Assembly (NCBI GenBank): GCA_022451865.1 | Contig: JAKUNM010000005.1 | Location: 1-44,959, forward strand | Origin: Dehalococcoidia bacterium | GTDB taxonomy: Bacteria; Chloroflexota; Dehalococcoidia; UBA2979 | Reading direction: 5' to 3' | DNA: 44,959 bases | Position numbers and translations under genes: made by a program | Shown: positions 9,905 to 20,054 of the stretch, piece after piece | How the letters are laid out: every line of letters starts with the position of its first letter | Position numbering within the stretch: the stretch's first letter is position 1 | Notes under the pieces: model-generated | What the model was told of the DNA's origin: nothing | What the model saw: only the letters and a program-made list of their open reading frames with translations | Database searches by the model: none

Positions 9905-11133
9905 GTGCTACAAAAAAAAATAGAAAAATGGCAGATATTGATGAACAACTAGAAGTACTATTCCATGGTGTTGACTTCGGAGACGATCAAACTCAAAAAA
10001 ACATGGAAAAAGAACTTCGAGTTATGTTAGCGCAAGATCGTCCACTTAAAGTATACGCAGGATTTGATCCCACATCTGTGGACTTGCACTTAGGGCATAC
10101 TTTACCCATGAGAAAGTTAAAACAATTTCAAGACTTCGGGCATATAGTCACATTTTTGATAGGAAATTTTACTGGACTAGTTGGTGATCCTTCCGATAAA
10201 GACAAAACACGCCCAATGCTCTCGGCTGAAGAACTTGCTGAAAATGCTAAAACATACACTGATCAAGCATTTAAGATTCTTGATAGTGAGAGTACAGTTG
10301 TAAAATATAATGCTGATTGGTTGTCTGAACTTAATTTTGCGGATGTTGTTTCTTTATGTTCTAAATTTACCGTCGCTCAATTTCTTGAAAGGGATAATTT
10401 TGCAAAACGTTGGGATGCTCATAATCCTGTCTATTTGAGCGAGTTTATGTACGCAATTATGCAAGCATACGATGCAGTTGCATTAGAAACAGATATTCAA
10501 GTTGGTGGCTCTGATCAACTTTTTAATCTTCTGGCAGGTCGTACATTGCAAAGAGATGCTGGATTAACTCCACAAGTTGTCATTACCTTGCCTATTTTAG
10601 TTGGAACTGATGGGCATGAGCGAATGTCTAAATCTACAGGAAATTCGATTGGTATAAATGACTCTCCCGAAGATATGTTCGGTAGGATTATGTCGATACC
10701 GGATTCAGCTATTATCCCATATTTTACATTATTAACTGCGTTGAACCCTGCAGATGTTTCAAAGATAGAAGATGATTTGTTAGAAAACTCTCTTTTGCCA
10801 ATGGATGCAAAAAAAGACCTTGCATCACAGATTGTAAAAATTTTTCATGGCGAAAATGATGCTAATAAAGCGAAGGAATATTTTGAAGCTACAATTCAGC
10901 GGAATGAAATCCCGAAAGATATTCTTGAATTGATTATCACAGAACCAGATACATTAAGTAAGATTTTAGTGAAATCATCACTTGTAAAAAGTGGTGGCGA
11001 AGTTCGTCGGTTAACTTCTCAAGGTGCAATTACTGTGAATGGAAATGTTATTGATGACTTTATGTTTAGGGTAAATGACAACGATGAAATACGAGTTGGT
11101 CGTCATAGATTTTTGCGTATACGAATAAAATAG
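9901..11133 (+). CDS. tyrS: Tyrosine--tRNA ligase
   Basis: GFDPTSVDLHLGH, QAYD, GGSDQLFN, RMSKS, C-terminal S4-like domain; ATGA overlap with the ribF stop. Confidence 0.97.
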   Translation: MSATKKNRKMADIDEQLEVLFHGVDFGDDQTQKNMEKELRVMLAQDRPLKVYAGFDPTSVDLHLGHTLPMRKLKQFQDFGHIVTFLIGNFTGLVGDPSDKDKTRPMLSAEELAENAKTYTDQAFKILDSESTVVKYNADWLSELNFADVVSLCSKFTVAQFLERDNFAKRWDAHNPVYLSEFMYAIMQAYDAVALETDIQVGGSDQLFNLLAGRTLQRDAGLTPQVVITLPILVGTDGHERMSKSTGNSIGINDSPEDMFGRIMSIPDSAIIPYFTLLTALNPADVSKIEDDLLENSLLPMDAKKDLASQIVKIFHGENDANKAKEYFEATIQRNEIPKDILELIITEPDTLSKILVKSSLVKSGGEVRRLTSQGAITVNGNVIDDFMFRVNDNDEIRVGRHRFLRIRIK

Positions 11134-11176
11134 CAATAAGATATATATAGGTTAAATATAAAGTTGGCGGGGCTTT

Positions 11177-11620
11177 GTGTTAGATAATATAGTTGAAATT
11201 GATATAGATCTCATTAAGCAAAATATTCAAGAAGCAGATGTTTTGACATTTTTTTTCCCTCTTTTGGGAAAAGCACTAGTTGCTGATATGCGATTAGGCG
11301 ATAACTCTGGTCCTGTAGTTTACTTGGCTCCCATCGCAGAAAGTTACGCAGATAGATATTTGTCTGTTCGTCGACATCGCCCTGATTTAGCTAATCCGGA
11401 ATCCTTTTCTACAATTCCGTGGAGTAACCGTGTTAGTTCGTTAGAGTCTTTTGGTTTGTGGGATGTTTTGATTAGCCGTTTAGCAAATTTAGATGGTAAT
11501 GAGAATACTCAATTAATGGATGTCGCAAATGATAATCTAAAGAAGTTAAAATCTATAGAATCTATTGAAGTACTCCGCGCTATAACTGGTGATACATATA
11601 AGACTTTGTGGACTAAGTAA
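11177..11620 (+). CDS. Hypothetical protein (147 aa)
   Basis: Fills the tyrS-recJ gap with protein-like composition; no recognisable catalytic motif. Confidence 0.75.
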   Translation: MLDNIVEIDIDLIKQNIQEADVLTFFFPLLGKALVADMRLGDNSGPVVYLAPIAESYADRYLSVRRHRPDLANPESFSTIPWSNRVSSLESFGLWDVLISRLANLDGNENTQLMDVANDNLKKLKSIESIEVLRAITGDTYKTLWTK

Positions 11621-11629
11621 TTAAGATTC

Positions 11630-13330
11630 TCAATCTTGCGATCGTTTGAGATCTTTGATTTGTAATTGTATTTTCTTTTGTCCTCGAAAATTATTGCGTT
11701 CCAATGAAAAAACGATATCGATATATTCATTAATTCTTAAATCGTGATAATTACTATTGAAGTGGATTGCATCCCATGATTGTTGGGTATGCATTAATTT
11801 CAATTGAAGGTGCTCTTTATTTTTTCCTACAGAAGATTTAGCTACAATTTTTATTTTTTCTGATAAAAATATGGGAGCTTTGTTACCGATTCCATAAGGT
11901 CCAATTAGATCGATCCATTGCATTGTTTGATGATGATTATTGTTTAGTTTGAGGTGTTCATCAATTTCTAGTTCAGACTTTATTTCATTCGAGGGAAAAT
12001 GCGATTTTAGGTCTTCGAAAAATCTATTTTTTAATTCATCTATACGTTCAGAGTTGATGGTAAAACCTGCAGCACCATGATGGCCACCAAATTTGATGAA
12101 TAAGTCCTTATGTCGTTGTAGAAGCTCGACGATGTTGAAGCCATTGACTGAACGACATGACCCTCTTGACTCATGCTCTCCAATTTGCATGACTATAGCA
12201 GGGCGTGAAAATTGGTCAGCTATTCTTGCTGCTGCTAATCCTACGATGCCACTAGAAATTGTCGAATCTCCCGTAATAATTAATGGTTTTTGTAGATCTA
12301 AGTTATTGATTTTTTCAGACAATATTGCGGTAGCTTTTTCAGTGTTATGACGTCTTTGTTGGTTAAGGTTATTTAGTTCTATTGCTAGAGTTTGTGCTTC
12401 TATTTTGTTCTTTGTGAGTAAAAGCTGTAGAGCTATTTCCCCATGCTTCATACGCCCAGCTGCATTGATTTTTGGACCAAAGTTCCATCCTAATGTTTCA
12501 GCCGTAATTTCTGATAAATCTAAATTAGATTCGTTCGCAAGTGCTAATAAACCTGGTCTGTTAGTTGATCGTATTGCCTCTAAACCCAATCTCACCAAGT
12601 CACGATTTTCACCGACTAATGGAACGAGATCACATATAGTTCCTAAGGCAACAAGTGACTGGGTTTCGATATGATCATATGGTACCTCCATTTTTTCATA
12701 TAAAGCTGTGAGAACTTTGTATGCTACTCCAACTGCTGCAGGTTCTGAGCCATATGAACTGTTTAATTTTGGGTTAACAATCGTATATGCAGTTGGTAGG
12801 ACAGAAGGTATAGAATGGTGGTCTATGATTATCACCTCCATACCTAAATGATTCGCTTGGTCGATTTCTTTTACAGATGAAGTGCCGCAGTCAGCAGTAA
12901 TTAAGAGAGTAACTCCTTGCTGAGCTAATTTTTTGATCGCATTCATATTGGGTCCGTAGCCTTCGGAGAATCGGTCTGGAATGTAAGGGATTGGGCTTAA
13001 TCCAAGATTTGCTAACCCTTCAGTCAGGAGTGTTGTCGCAGTGATTCCGTCAACATCAAAGTCACCAAATATCCCAATTTTCTCATTATTCTCACACGAT
13101 TGAACTAATCTATTCACGGCTTTCGAAATATTCGGCATTAGTGCGGGATCAGTTAATTTTTTTGATTTTGCAAGATAATTGCGTGCTGACTCTGTATCTA
13201 AGATTCCTCTTTTTGCTAAAAGCGTACGTATTAATGCTGGTAGTCCTGTACCTGCATCAGCAAATCCATCTAAATTGGGAGGAGTGCTAATTTCCCATTG
13301 CTTCTGAAATTTATTGGATGTTGTTGTCAT
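11630..13330 (-). CDS. recJ: Single-stranded-DNA-specific exonuclease RecJ
   Basis: GDFDVDG, PDRFSEGYG, ITADCG, IIDHH, GPKINAAGR, RGSCRS, FGGHHGAAG. Confidence 0.96.
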   Translation of the reverse strand: MTTTSNKFQKQWEISTPPNLDGFADAGTGLPALIRTLLAKRGILDTESARNYLAKSKKLTDPALMPNISKAVNRLVQSCENNEKIGIFGDFDVDGITATTLLTEGLANLGLSPIPYIPDRFSEGYGPNMNAIKKLAQQGVTLLITADCGTSSVKEIDQANHLGMEVIIIDHHSIPSVLPTAYTIVNPKLNSSYGSEPAAVGVAYKVLTALYEKMEVPYDHIETQSLVALGTICDLVPLVGENRDLVRLGLEAIRSTNRPGLLALANESNLDLSEITAETLGWNFGPKINAAGRMKHGEIALQLLLTKNKIEAQTLAIELNNLNQQRRHNTEKATAILSEKINNLDLQKPLIITGDSTISSGIVGLAAARIADQFSRPAIVMQIGEHESRGSCRSVNGFNIVELLQRHKDLFIKFGGHHGAAGFTINSERIDELKNRFFEDLKSHFPSNEIKSELEIDEHLKLNNNHHQTMQWIDLIGPYGIGNKAPIFLSEKIKIVAKSSVGKNKEHLQLKLMHTQQSWDAIHFNSNYHDLRINEYIDIVFSLERNNFRGQKKIQLQIKDLKRSQD

Positions 13331-13337
13331 AGAGTAA

Positions 13338-14582
13338 TTAAGAAGTGAATTTTTTAAAAACTAAGCTGCTATTATGACCGCCAAAACCTAATGAATTTGA
13401 CAAGGCATATTCCATTGAAATATTTCTTGATGGTTCAGGCACGTAATCAAGATCACATTCTGGATCCGGTACTAATAAATTTCGTGTTCCGTGAATTTTT
13501 TGGTCTCGGAGGGAAAGTGCTGTTATAGCAGCTTCGATACCTCCACCAGCACCTAATGTATGTCCGATCATTGATTTAGTGGAAGAAATTGGTATTGAAT
13601 ATGCATTTTCACCAAATACATTTTTGATTGACATAGTTTCAAATTTATCGTTCAGAGGTGTGCTGGTGCCGTGTGCATTTATGTAACCAACTTGTTGTGG
13701 ATCTATTGCAGCTTTGGATAAAGCCATCTTCATTGCACGTGCTGCCCCTTCACCATTTTCAGATGGCTGTGTTACATGAAATGCATCAGCAGATTGACCA
13801 TAACCAATAATTTCAGCAATCGGCTCAGTTCCATTTTTTTCAGCATATTCTAGTGTTTCAAGTATTAATATGCCTGATCCTTCAGCAAGAACGAATCCAT
13901 CTCGCTCTTGATCGAAAGGTCTCGATGCATGGCCAGGATCGTTATTCCGTTCGGTGGAAAGTGCACGTGCAGCTCCGAAGGCACTCAATGACATTCTTGT
14001 TACTGCAGCATCTGTTCCCCCAGTGATCATCGCTTCTGCGTCTCCCCGTAGTAAGATCTCATAAGCATTACCTATGGCATCAGCACCTGAAGCACAAGCA
14101 GAGACTGTATTTACATTGGGACCTCGTGCTCCTGTTCGGATGGAAACTTGTCCTGAGGCCATATCGGAAATAAACATTGGGACTAGAAAAGGAGAAACTC
14201 TACTAGGTCCTTTATCAAAAAAAGTTGCAAATTGATCTTCTAAGGTAGCTATTCCTCCTATACCTGAGCCGATAATACATCCAACCTGCTCAGGATTAGA
14301 TAAGACATCTAAATTCGATTGGCTCAAAGCTTCATCAGCTGCAGCTATTGCCAGTTGCACAAAACGATCCATTCGGCGTGCATCTTTACGTGACAACCAA
14401 TTTTCTACGTCAAACCCCTTAATTTCCCCAGCAATTTTTGAACTGATATCGCTCACATCACATGAAATCACATTCTCTATGCCATTTTCCCCTTTAAGCA
14501 AAGAATTCCATGTTTCTTCCAATCCAATTCCAACTGGTGTTACAAGTCCTGCACCAGTTATTACTATCCTTTTCTCTACCAT
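13338..14582 (-). CDS. fabF: Beta-ketoacyl-ACP synthase II (canonical copy)
   Basis: GSGIGG, SACASG, NAHGTST, TKSMIGHTLGA, SNSLGFGGHN; Cys-His-His triad intact. Confidence 0.95.
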   Translation of the reverse strand: MVEKRIVITGAGLVTPVGIGLEETWNSLLKGENGIENVISCDVSDISSKIAGEIKGFDVENWLSRKDARRMDRFVQLAIAAADEALSQSNLDVLSNPEQVGCIIGSGIGGIATLEDQFATFFDKGPSRVSPFLVPMFISDMASGQVSIRTGARGPNVNTVSACASGADAIGNAYEILLRGDAEAMITGGTDAAVTRMSLSAFGAARALSTERNNDPGHASRPFDQERDGFVLAEGSGILILETLEYAEKNGTEPIAEIIGYGQSADAFHVTQPSENGEGAARAMKMALSKAAIDPQQVGYINAHGTSTPLNDKFETMSIKNVFGENAYSIPISSTKSMIGHTLGAGGGIEAAITALSLRDQKIHGTRNLLVPDPECDLDYVPEPSRNISMEYALSNSLGFGGHNSSLVFKKFTS

Positions 14583-14584
14583 AA

Positions 14585-15823
14585 TTACCTTTCTGATGTC
14601 CCAAATATTAGAGCCGAATTATGACCACCTAGCCCTACTGAAGTGCTCATAACATTGCGAACTTTTATATTACGTGACTCGTTTGGGACATAATCTAGAT
14701 CACAATCTGGATCAGGGGTTTCATAATTAATTGTTGGAGGGATAATTCCATCTCGACAAACTAAAGCGCAAATTGCTGCTTCCACAGCACCTGCAGCACC
14801 CATCATGTGGCCATGCATAGATTTTGTACTTGAAATCATAAGTTTTTTTGCATCTGATTGAAATATTCTATTTATGGCAGAGGTCTCTACACGATCATTT
14901 AAGGGTGTACTTGTTCCATGTGCATTTATGTAGTCAATTTGATCTGTGTTACGATGTGCTCGATTGAGGGCACTTTCCATGGCCTCTCCAATTCCTTGGC
15001 CATTATCATCTGCAGCAACCATGTCATAGGCATCATTAGCAGTGCCACTACCTAGCCAATGTGCATATATTTGCGCATTTCTTTCTCGAGCATGTGTTAA
15101 TGATTCTAAGATAAGAATGCCTGCTCCTTCACCTAATATAAAGCCATTTCGATTTGCATCAAAAGGTCGTAGAGCTTTCGTAGGGTCTTCGTGTGATGCG
15201 AGTGCCTTCATTGCAGAGAAACCTGCGTAATAAATAGGTCGTAAAGGTGCTTCATATCCTCCCGTAATAATAACTTCAGCTTCACCTCTGGCTATTATTT
15301 CAGCTGCTTCGCCAATCGCTGTCCCCCCAGTTGCACACGCAGCGGTGACCGCAAAATTAGGTCCTCGCACACCTAATTCCATTGCAATTATCCCGGTTGC
15401 ACTATCTGGTAGAAAATGTGAAATGAGAAATGGTGAGATTCTGCGGGGGCCTTTTTCTTCAAGGATGCGTTGTTGATCGATCATTAAGTGTGCACCACCC
15501 ATCCCAGTACCTAATATAATTCCTATTGATTTGGGATTTTCAGAGTTAATTTCAATAGATGCATCATTTAGTGCTTCTTTACATGCTGCTACAGCAAATG
15601 CTGTAGAGAGATCTATTCTTCTAAGAGTTTTAGGATCTATATGTTCTGCTGGATTGAAATTTTTGACTTCTCCAGCTATAGGATATTCATAATCTGACGC
15701 GTCGAAGCGTGTAATTTTGCCTATTCCAGATCGTCCTGATTTTAAATTTTCCCATGTAGTAGCTGCATCTCCTCCTACGGGAGTGATCATACCTATGCCA
15801 GTAACTACAACACTTTCTGACAT
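14585..15823 (-). CDS. fabF: Beta-ketoacyl-ACP synthase II family paralogue (second copy)
   Basis: GTGMGG, AACATG, NAHGTST, TKSMHGHMMGAAG, STSVGLGGHN; triad intact. Confidence 0.9.
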   Translation of the reverse strand: MSESVVVTGIGMITPVGGDAATTWENLKSGRSGIGKITRFDASDYEYPIAGEVKNFNPAEHIDPKTLRRIDLSTAFAVAACKEALNDASIEINSENPKSIGIILGTGMGGAHLMIDQQRILEEKGPRRISPFLISHFLPDSATGIIAMELGVRGPNFAVTAACATGGTAIGEAAEIIARGEAEVIITGGYEAPLRPIYYAGFSAMKALASHEDPTKALRPFDANRNGFILGEGAGILILESLTHARERNAQIYAHWLGSGTANDAYDMVAADDNGQGIGEAMESALNRAHRNTDQIDYINAHGTSTPLNDRVETSAINRIFQSDAKKLMISSTKSMHGHMMGAAGAVEAAICALVCRDGIIPPTINYETPDPDCDLDYVPNESRNIKVRNVMSTSVGLGGHNSALIFGTSER

Positions 15824-16821
15824 TAGCTCACTATAACTTCAGGGAGTACAGATATTGGTATAGGTTCATCATGCGCATCATCAAGAGATACTGCAATTAG
15901 TTTACCTGAGATTTTTTTTGCCATGCGTGATAATACATGTCCTGGTCCTACTTCTATAATGGTTTGAATTTCCTCTCGGAGCATACGTTGGACATTTTCT
16001 GTCCAGTACACAGGTGAATGAAGTTGATTTTCAAATTCATGTCTAATTTCCTGAGCTGAAGTCAGTAAATTAGAAGTGTTGTTAGAAATAATTGGGATAG
16101 ATGGTTTGTAAAAATTAACGTCTTTAATAAGTTTTGTAAATTCTTTTGATTGCTCTGAGTGTAAGGGCGTATGGCTAGAAACTTTGACTTTTAGTTGTAT
16201 AGCACGTGCATGCAAATCTCGTGCTAATTCCATTGCTTTAGTAAGTGCATCGATATCACCACTGATTACTATTTGTGAATCGAGATTTAAGTTAGCGATA
16301 TCAACTCTATTGAGTTCGGATGTGGTGGCTTTACTGCAAATTTCACTTACCTTATCAAAATCTAGTCCTAAAATTGATGACATACCAACAGGACGTTTTT
16401 TATTGAAATCACTCATTAAGCGTGCTCTATCAAGGATCATCAGTAATGCATCTTGAAATGAAAATGTTTCAGCTGCAACTGCAGAACTAAACATTCCTAA
16501 AGAATGGCCTCCTAATAATTTGGGTTTAATAATAATATTTTTTTCTTCTAATTTTTCATTCATCGCTCGAAGAAAAGCAATTGATGCAGTTAATACTGCT
16601 GGTTGTGTGAGTCGAGTTTCCGACAAATCTTCCGCTGTACCTTCAAAACATATTTTCGCCATATCTATATTGGTTATATCACTCGCTTCTTCAAATGTAA
16701 GACGAGCATTTTTTGAGTTTTTATAAATTAAACTACCCATTCCAGGAGATTGTGAGCCCTGTCCAGGGAAGACTAATACAATGGGGTCAGTTTTTGAATT
16801 TTCGTTGAGACAATTATTCAA
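15823..16821 (-). CDS. fabD: Malonyl-CoA:ACP transacylase
   Basis: VFPGQGSQ, TQPAVL, GHSLG, SQIVISG, SH, SPVYW, EVGPGHVL. Confidence 0.92.
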   Translation of the reverse strand: MNNCLNENSKTDPIVLVFPGQGSQSPGMGSLIYKNSKNARLTFEEASDITNIDMAKICFEGTAEDLSETRLTQPAVLTASIAFLRAMNEKLEEKNIIIKPKLLGGHSLGMFSSAVAAETFSFQDALLMILDRARLMSDFNKKRPVGMSSILGLDFDKVSEICSKATTSELNRVDIANLNLDSQIVISGDIDALTKAMELARDLHARAIQLKVKVSSHTPLHSEQSKEFTKLIKDVNFYKPSIPIISNNTSNLLTSAQEIRHEFENQLHSPVYWTENVQRMLREEIQTIIEVGPGHVLSRMAKKISGKLIAVSLDDAHDEPIPISVLPEVIVS

Positions 16822-16884
16822 AAATGCCTTCTTTCATTATTTTTTAGTGATTCCTGTTTAATGAATTATGTGGAGTGTAGCAAG

Positions 16885-18570
16885 TTAATCTAAATTATGA
16901 GCCAATTCTTCCATGAATTGTTTTCCAGGTTGATGCGATTGAATTGTATTTGGTAATAAAGTATTAGTGCCAAAAGTGTCTATTGCTGATGCTTCTATTC
17001 CATCAAGCATTTTCCGTGATGCAGGCATTACTTTCAATAAATCTTGTGCAATGCCAGCTGCAGTCCCATAATTTTCCGCAACCCTTCTCCCCATGTCTGC
17101 ATGCAAATAAACACCGAGTGAAGCTGCTTCAAAGCTGTCGACATTTTGTGCAACCAGTCCAGCAATAACTCCAGCGAGTACATCTCCAGTGCCTGCTTTT
17201 GCTAGTACTGGAGATGCGAATTCAGATATACGTGCTCTCCCATCTGGTGAGGCAATAATAGTACCTGCCCCCTTAAGTACTACGATCCCATTAATATGTT
17301 TTGCATAGTTGAGTGCAGATTCCAAACGGTTTTTTTGAATATAATCAATATCTATTCCCATCAAGCGTGACATCTCTTTTAGATGTGGTGTGACTATTAA
17401 GGGTATTTGTACAAGTGTCGACCAATCTTGTATTTCTGAAAGAGTATTTAATGCGTCAGCATCAAGTATTACGCCATTCAGAAATGTTCTCTTACTTAAA
17501 CTGGAAACAATTGAATGGACAAATTTCTTCGTATTAGTCGTTTTCCCTAACCCAGGCCCTATGAGAAGTGCACGTGTTTTTTTCTCATCAAGTGCTCGTA
17601 AAACGGTAATAGCTGCAGAAGCATCGAGTGTATTTTCAGTAGTTGGCAATGGTTGATGAATGGCATCGGGTAGTCCATTTGTTAGGAGGGTTTGGATATG
17701 CTTTGGTGCAGCTATTTGTACTAAACCTGCTCCTGATCTTGCCGCTGCCTCTGCTGCTAATCGAACAGCTCCAGGATATTGAGAAGACCCTCCCACAATT
17801 GTGACTACGCCAAAAGTTCCTTTATGTGCAGTGATAGGACGTTGCGGTGCAAATGTTTTCAATTCACTAAGTTCTAATGCTTCGTAGGGTAGTGTGCTTT
17901 TTGTAGTACTGGAGAGGCCTATATCAACAGGTATTATTCTTCCGGCATGCTCACGGCCGGGGTAAGCATATAACCCCATTTTTGCATATCCAAATGTAAC
18001 AGTCGTATCAGCTTTAATTGCAGTAGAATCAGCATAGCCATTATCTGGATTGATCCCAGTAGGGATGTCGAGAGAAAGTATATGTGGTTTTACGATATTT
18101 TCTTTTGTTTGATTCACTCGTTTTGTGATCTCTGATAGCTGTTTATCGAGAGGTCTACTTTCAAGATTTACACCGATACCAAGTAAGGCATCTACGATTA
18201 GTGCAGCTTCATTAAGTACAAATTCTAAACGCTTTAAATCTGTATCCTCTGTCGCTAATGCATAAGGCATTTCACTTTCTTGGAATTCTTTCCAGTCTGG
18301 ATCATCTGTATTGCGTTCTCTTAAGAGATATACGAAAGGTGTTGCTCCCCATTTGGTTAATTGGTTTGCAGCTATTAGTCCGTCACCGCCATTTTTGCCT
18401 GGACCTATTAATAATAGAATTCCTCTCTCTGGCATAGCACCAACATTCATCCAAGCTTCTTGCGCTGCTGCTAAGCCAGCTTCTAGTTGGAGTGCTCTCT
18501 CACTTTTGCCATCCGCGATAGTATTATTTTCTAATGTTCGCATCTGTTCAGTTGTGACAATTTTTTTCAC
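16885..18570 (-). CDS. nnr: Bifunctional NAD(P)H-hydrate epimerase/dehydratase (YjeF/Nnr)
   Basis: GPGKNGGDG, VDALLGIG, LDIPTG, AHKGTFG, IGPGLG, LDADALN, TPHLKEMSRL, LKGAGT, AGTGDVLAG. Confidence 0.94.
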   Translation of the reverse strand: MKKIVTTEQMRTLENNTIADGKSERALQLEAGLAAAQEAWMNVGAMPERGILLLIGPGKNGGDGLIAANQLTKWGATPFVYLLRERNTDDPDWKEFQESEMPYALATEDTDLKRLEFVLNEAALIVDALLGIGVNLESRPLDKQLSEITKRVNQTKENIVKPHILSLDIPTGINPDNGYADSTAIKADTTVTFGYAKMGLYAYPGREHAGRIIPVDIGLSSTTKSTLPYEALELSELKTFAPQRPITAHKGTFGVVTIVGGSSQYPGAVRLAAEAAARSGAGLVQIAAPKHIQTLLTNGLPDAIHQPLPTTENTLDASAAITVLRALDEKKTRALLIGPGLGKTTNTKKFVHSIVSSLSKRTFLNGVILDADALNTLSEIQDWSTLVQIPLIVTPHLKEMSRLMGIDIDYIQKNRLESALNYAKHINGIVVLKGAGTIIASPDGRARISEFASPVLAKAGTGDVLAGVIAGLVAQNVDSFEAASLGVYLHADMGRRVAENYGTAAGIAQDLLKVMPASRKMLDGIEASAIDTFGTNTLLPNTIQSHQPGKQFMEELAHNLD

Positions 18571-18595
18571 AGTAATATTCTTTCTATTTTCTGCG

Positions 18596-19081
18596 TTAAG
18601 ATTCTTCCGGTAGTCTTTCTTCTTCAGTGATATTTGCTAGTAGACCACGTGCTTTTAGTCTTTCGATTAAATTCTTACGAGATATTTCTGGAGATTCTTC
18701 GGGGTATTTCTGTGTGCATACAACAGCTGCCATTGCAAATGAATCTAAATGCGTTAGTGTGATATCTATTGCTTCAAGTCCTATTGTATCTGAGCGTAGT
18801 TTGGCGCCTCCATAAAGATAGACTAAAGGTTTTCCTCGTCTGTCGGGTAAAATTTCTATATCACGCCACGCAACTGATCTTGCACCTGTTCCTAATGCTT
18901 TCATTACTGCTTCTTTGCCCGAAAATCGTGCAGCTAATTCTGGAATTCTGCCTCTACAAAAAGCTGCTTCGGCTGGCGTATAGACACGATTTATGAAACG
19001 TATTGGATGTTTTTGAAAAACACGCCGAACACGATCAGTTTCAATTATGTCTATCCCAATAGCATGTGTACTCATTCGCAT
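18596..19081 (-). CDS. acpS: Holo-[acyl-carrier-protein] synthase
   Basis: IGIDIIE, LAARFSGKEAVMKALGTG, WRDIEI, GKP, ITLTH; about 35-aa extra C-tail; start may be 19075. Confidence 0.95.
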   Translation of the reverse strand: MRMSTHAIGIDIIETDRVRRVFQKHPIRFINRVYTPAEAAFCRGRIPELAARFSGKEAVMKALGTGARSVAWRDIEILPDRRGKPLVYLYGGAKLRSDTIGLEAIDITLTHLDSFAMAAVVCTQKYPEESPEISRKNLIERLKARGLLANITEEERLPEES

Positions 19082-19140
19082 ACCTAATATGTCACTAAAA
19101 TTGATGTTTCATAGTTTCTATAGGCTACAATAGATATTGT

Positions 19141-20022
19141 ATGAATTCATATATTCTTGATGGAAATGCTGTAGCAGCAGAGATACGCTCCGAAGTGAAA
19201 CACGGAGTGGAACAAATAGTTCGTGATGGACTATGCCCTCCTCATCTGCGAGTAATAATGATTGGTTCTAACACTGCTTCGCAAACATATGTGAGATTGA
19301 AAATGCAAGATTGTGAAGAGGTCGGTATATCGAGTTCACTCTCTGTACTTAATGATTCTATAACAATGAATGAAGTAATGGATTTAATCGATGATGTTAA
19401 TAATAATGACGAAATCAATGCTGTCATTATACAGAAACCTTTGCCATCACATTTGGACTCAGAATTGCTTGATTTTTCCTTATCACCATCTAAGGATGTG
19501 GATGGTTTACACCCCGTAAACTTAGGTCTTCTACTGCAAGGTAACCCTCGATTTATTCCAGCTACTCCGTTAGCAGTAAGAGAATTGTTAGTCCGAAGTA
19601 ATATTGATATTGTTGGCAAAAACATCGTAGTCATCGGCCGTTCTAATTTAGTTGGCAAACCATTGGCATTGATTCTTGCTCAAAAAAATATATATGGTAA
19701 TGCGACAGTTACTATTGCACATACAGGTACAAAAAATTTGAGAGCTATTACCTTGGAAGCTGATATTATTATTGCTGCTACTGGATATCCTAATACCGTT
19801 ACTGCTGATATGGTTCGTTCGGGAGCGATAGTAGTCGATGTTGGAATTAATCGTATAAATGACTCCTCGAGGAAACGTGGGTATCGATTGATTGGTGACG
19901 TTGATTTTGAAAATGTAAAAACTGTAGCTGGAGCTATTACTCCTGTTCCTGGTGGTGTTGGTCCTATAACAAGGGCGATGTTGTTGAAAAATACATTAGA
20001 CACCATAAAAGCTAATTACTAG
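19141..20022 (+). CDS. folD: Methylenetetrahydrofolate dehydrogenase/cyclohydrolase
   Basis: YVRLK, KDVDGLHP, VVIGRSNLVGKP, VDVGINR, ITPVPGGVGPIT. Confidence 0.97.
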   Translation: MNSYILDGNAVAAEIRSEVKHGVEQIVRDGLCPPHLRVIMIGSNTASQTYVRLKMQDCEEVGISSSLSVLNDSITMNEVMDLIDDVNNNDEINAVIIQKPLPSHLDSELLDFSLSPSKDVDGLHPVNLGLLLQGNPRFIPATPLAVRELLVRSNIDIVGKNIVVIGRSNLVGKPLALILAQKNIYGNATVTIAHTGTKNLRAITLEADIIIAATGYPNTVTADMVRSGAIVVDVGINRINDSSRKRGYRLIGDVDFENVKTVAGAITPVPGGVGPITRAMLLKNTLDTIKANY

Positions 20023-20054
20023 TCAATAGTGTTTTTCCATAGGAAAATTAATTT

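Noticed and set aside
13338-19081. Type II PKS (KS-alpha/CLF) biosynthetic cluster
   Set aside because: Both KS keep the catalytic Cys; no ACP, cyclase or tailoring genes; flanked by housekeeping nnr and recJ
19242-20006. Antisense ORFs over folD (and similar ones over trpD, recJ, fabD, nnr, ispG, rseP, sucCD)
   Set aside because: Shadows of conserved housekeeping genes with no independent support
20033-20047. TTTTCC-ATA-GGAAAA hairpin covering the prfB SD
   Set aside because: Only a 6-bp AT-rich stem with a 3-nt loop; too weak to call regulatory
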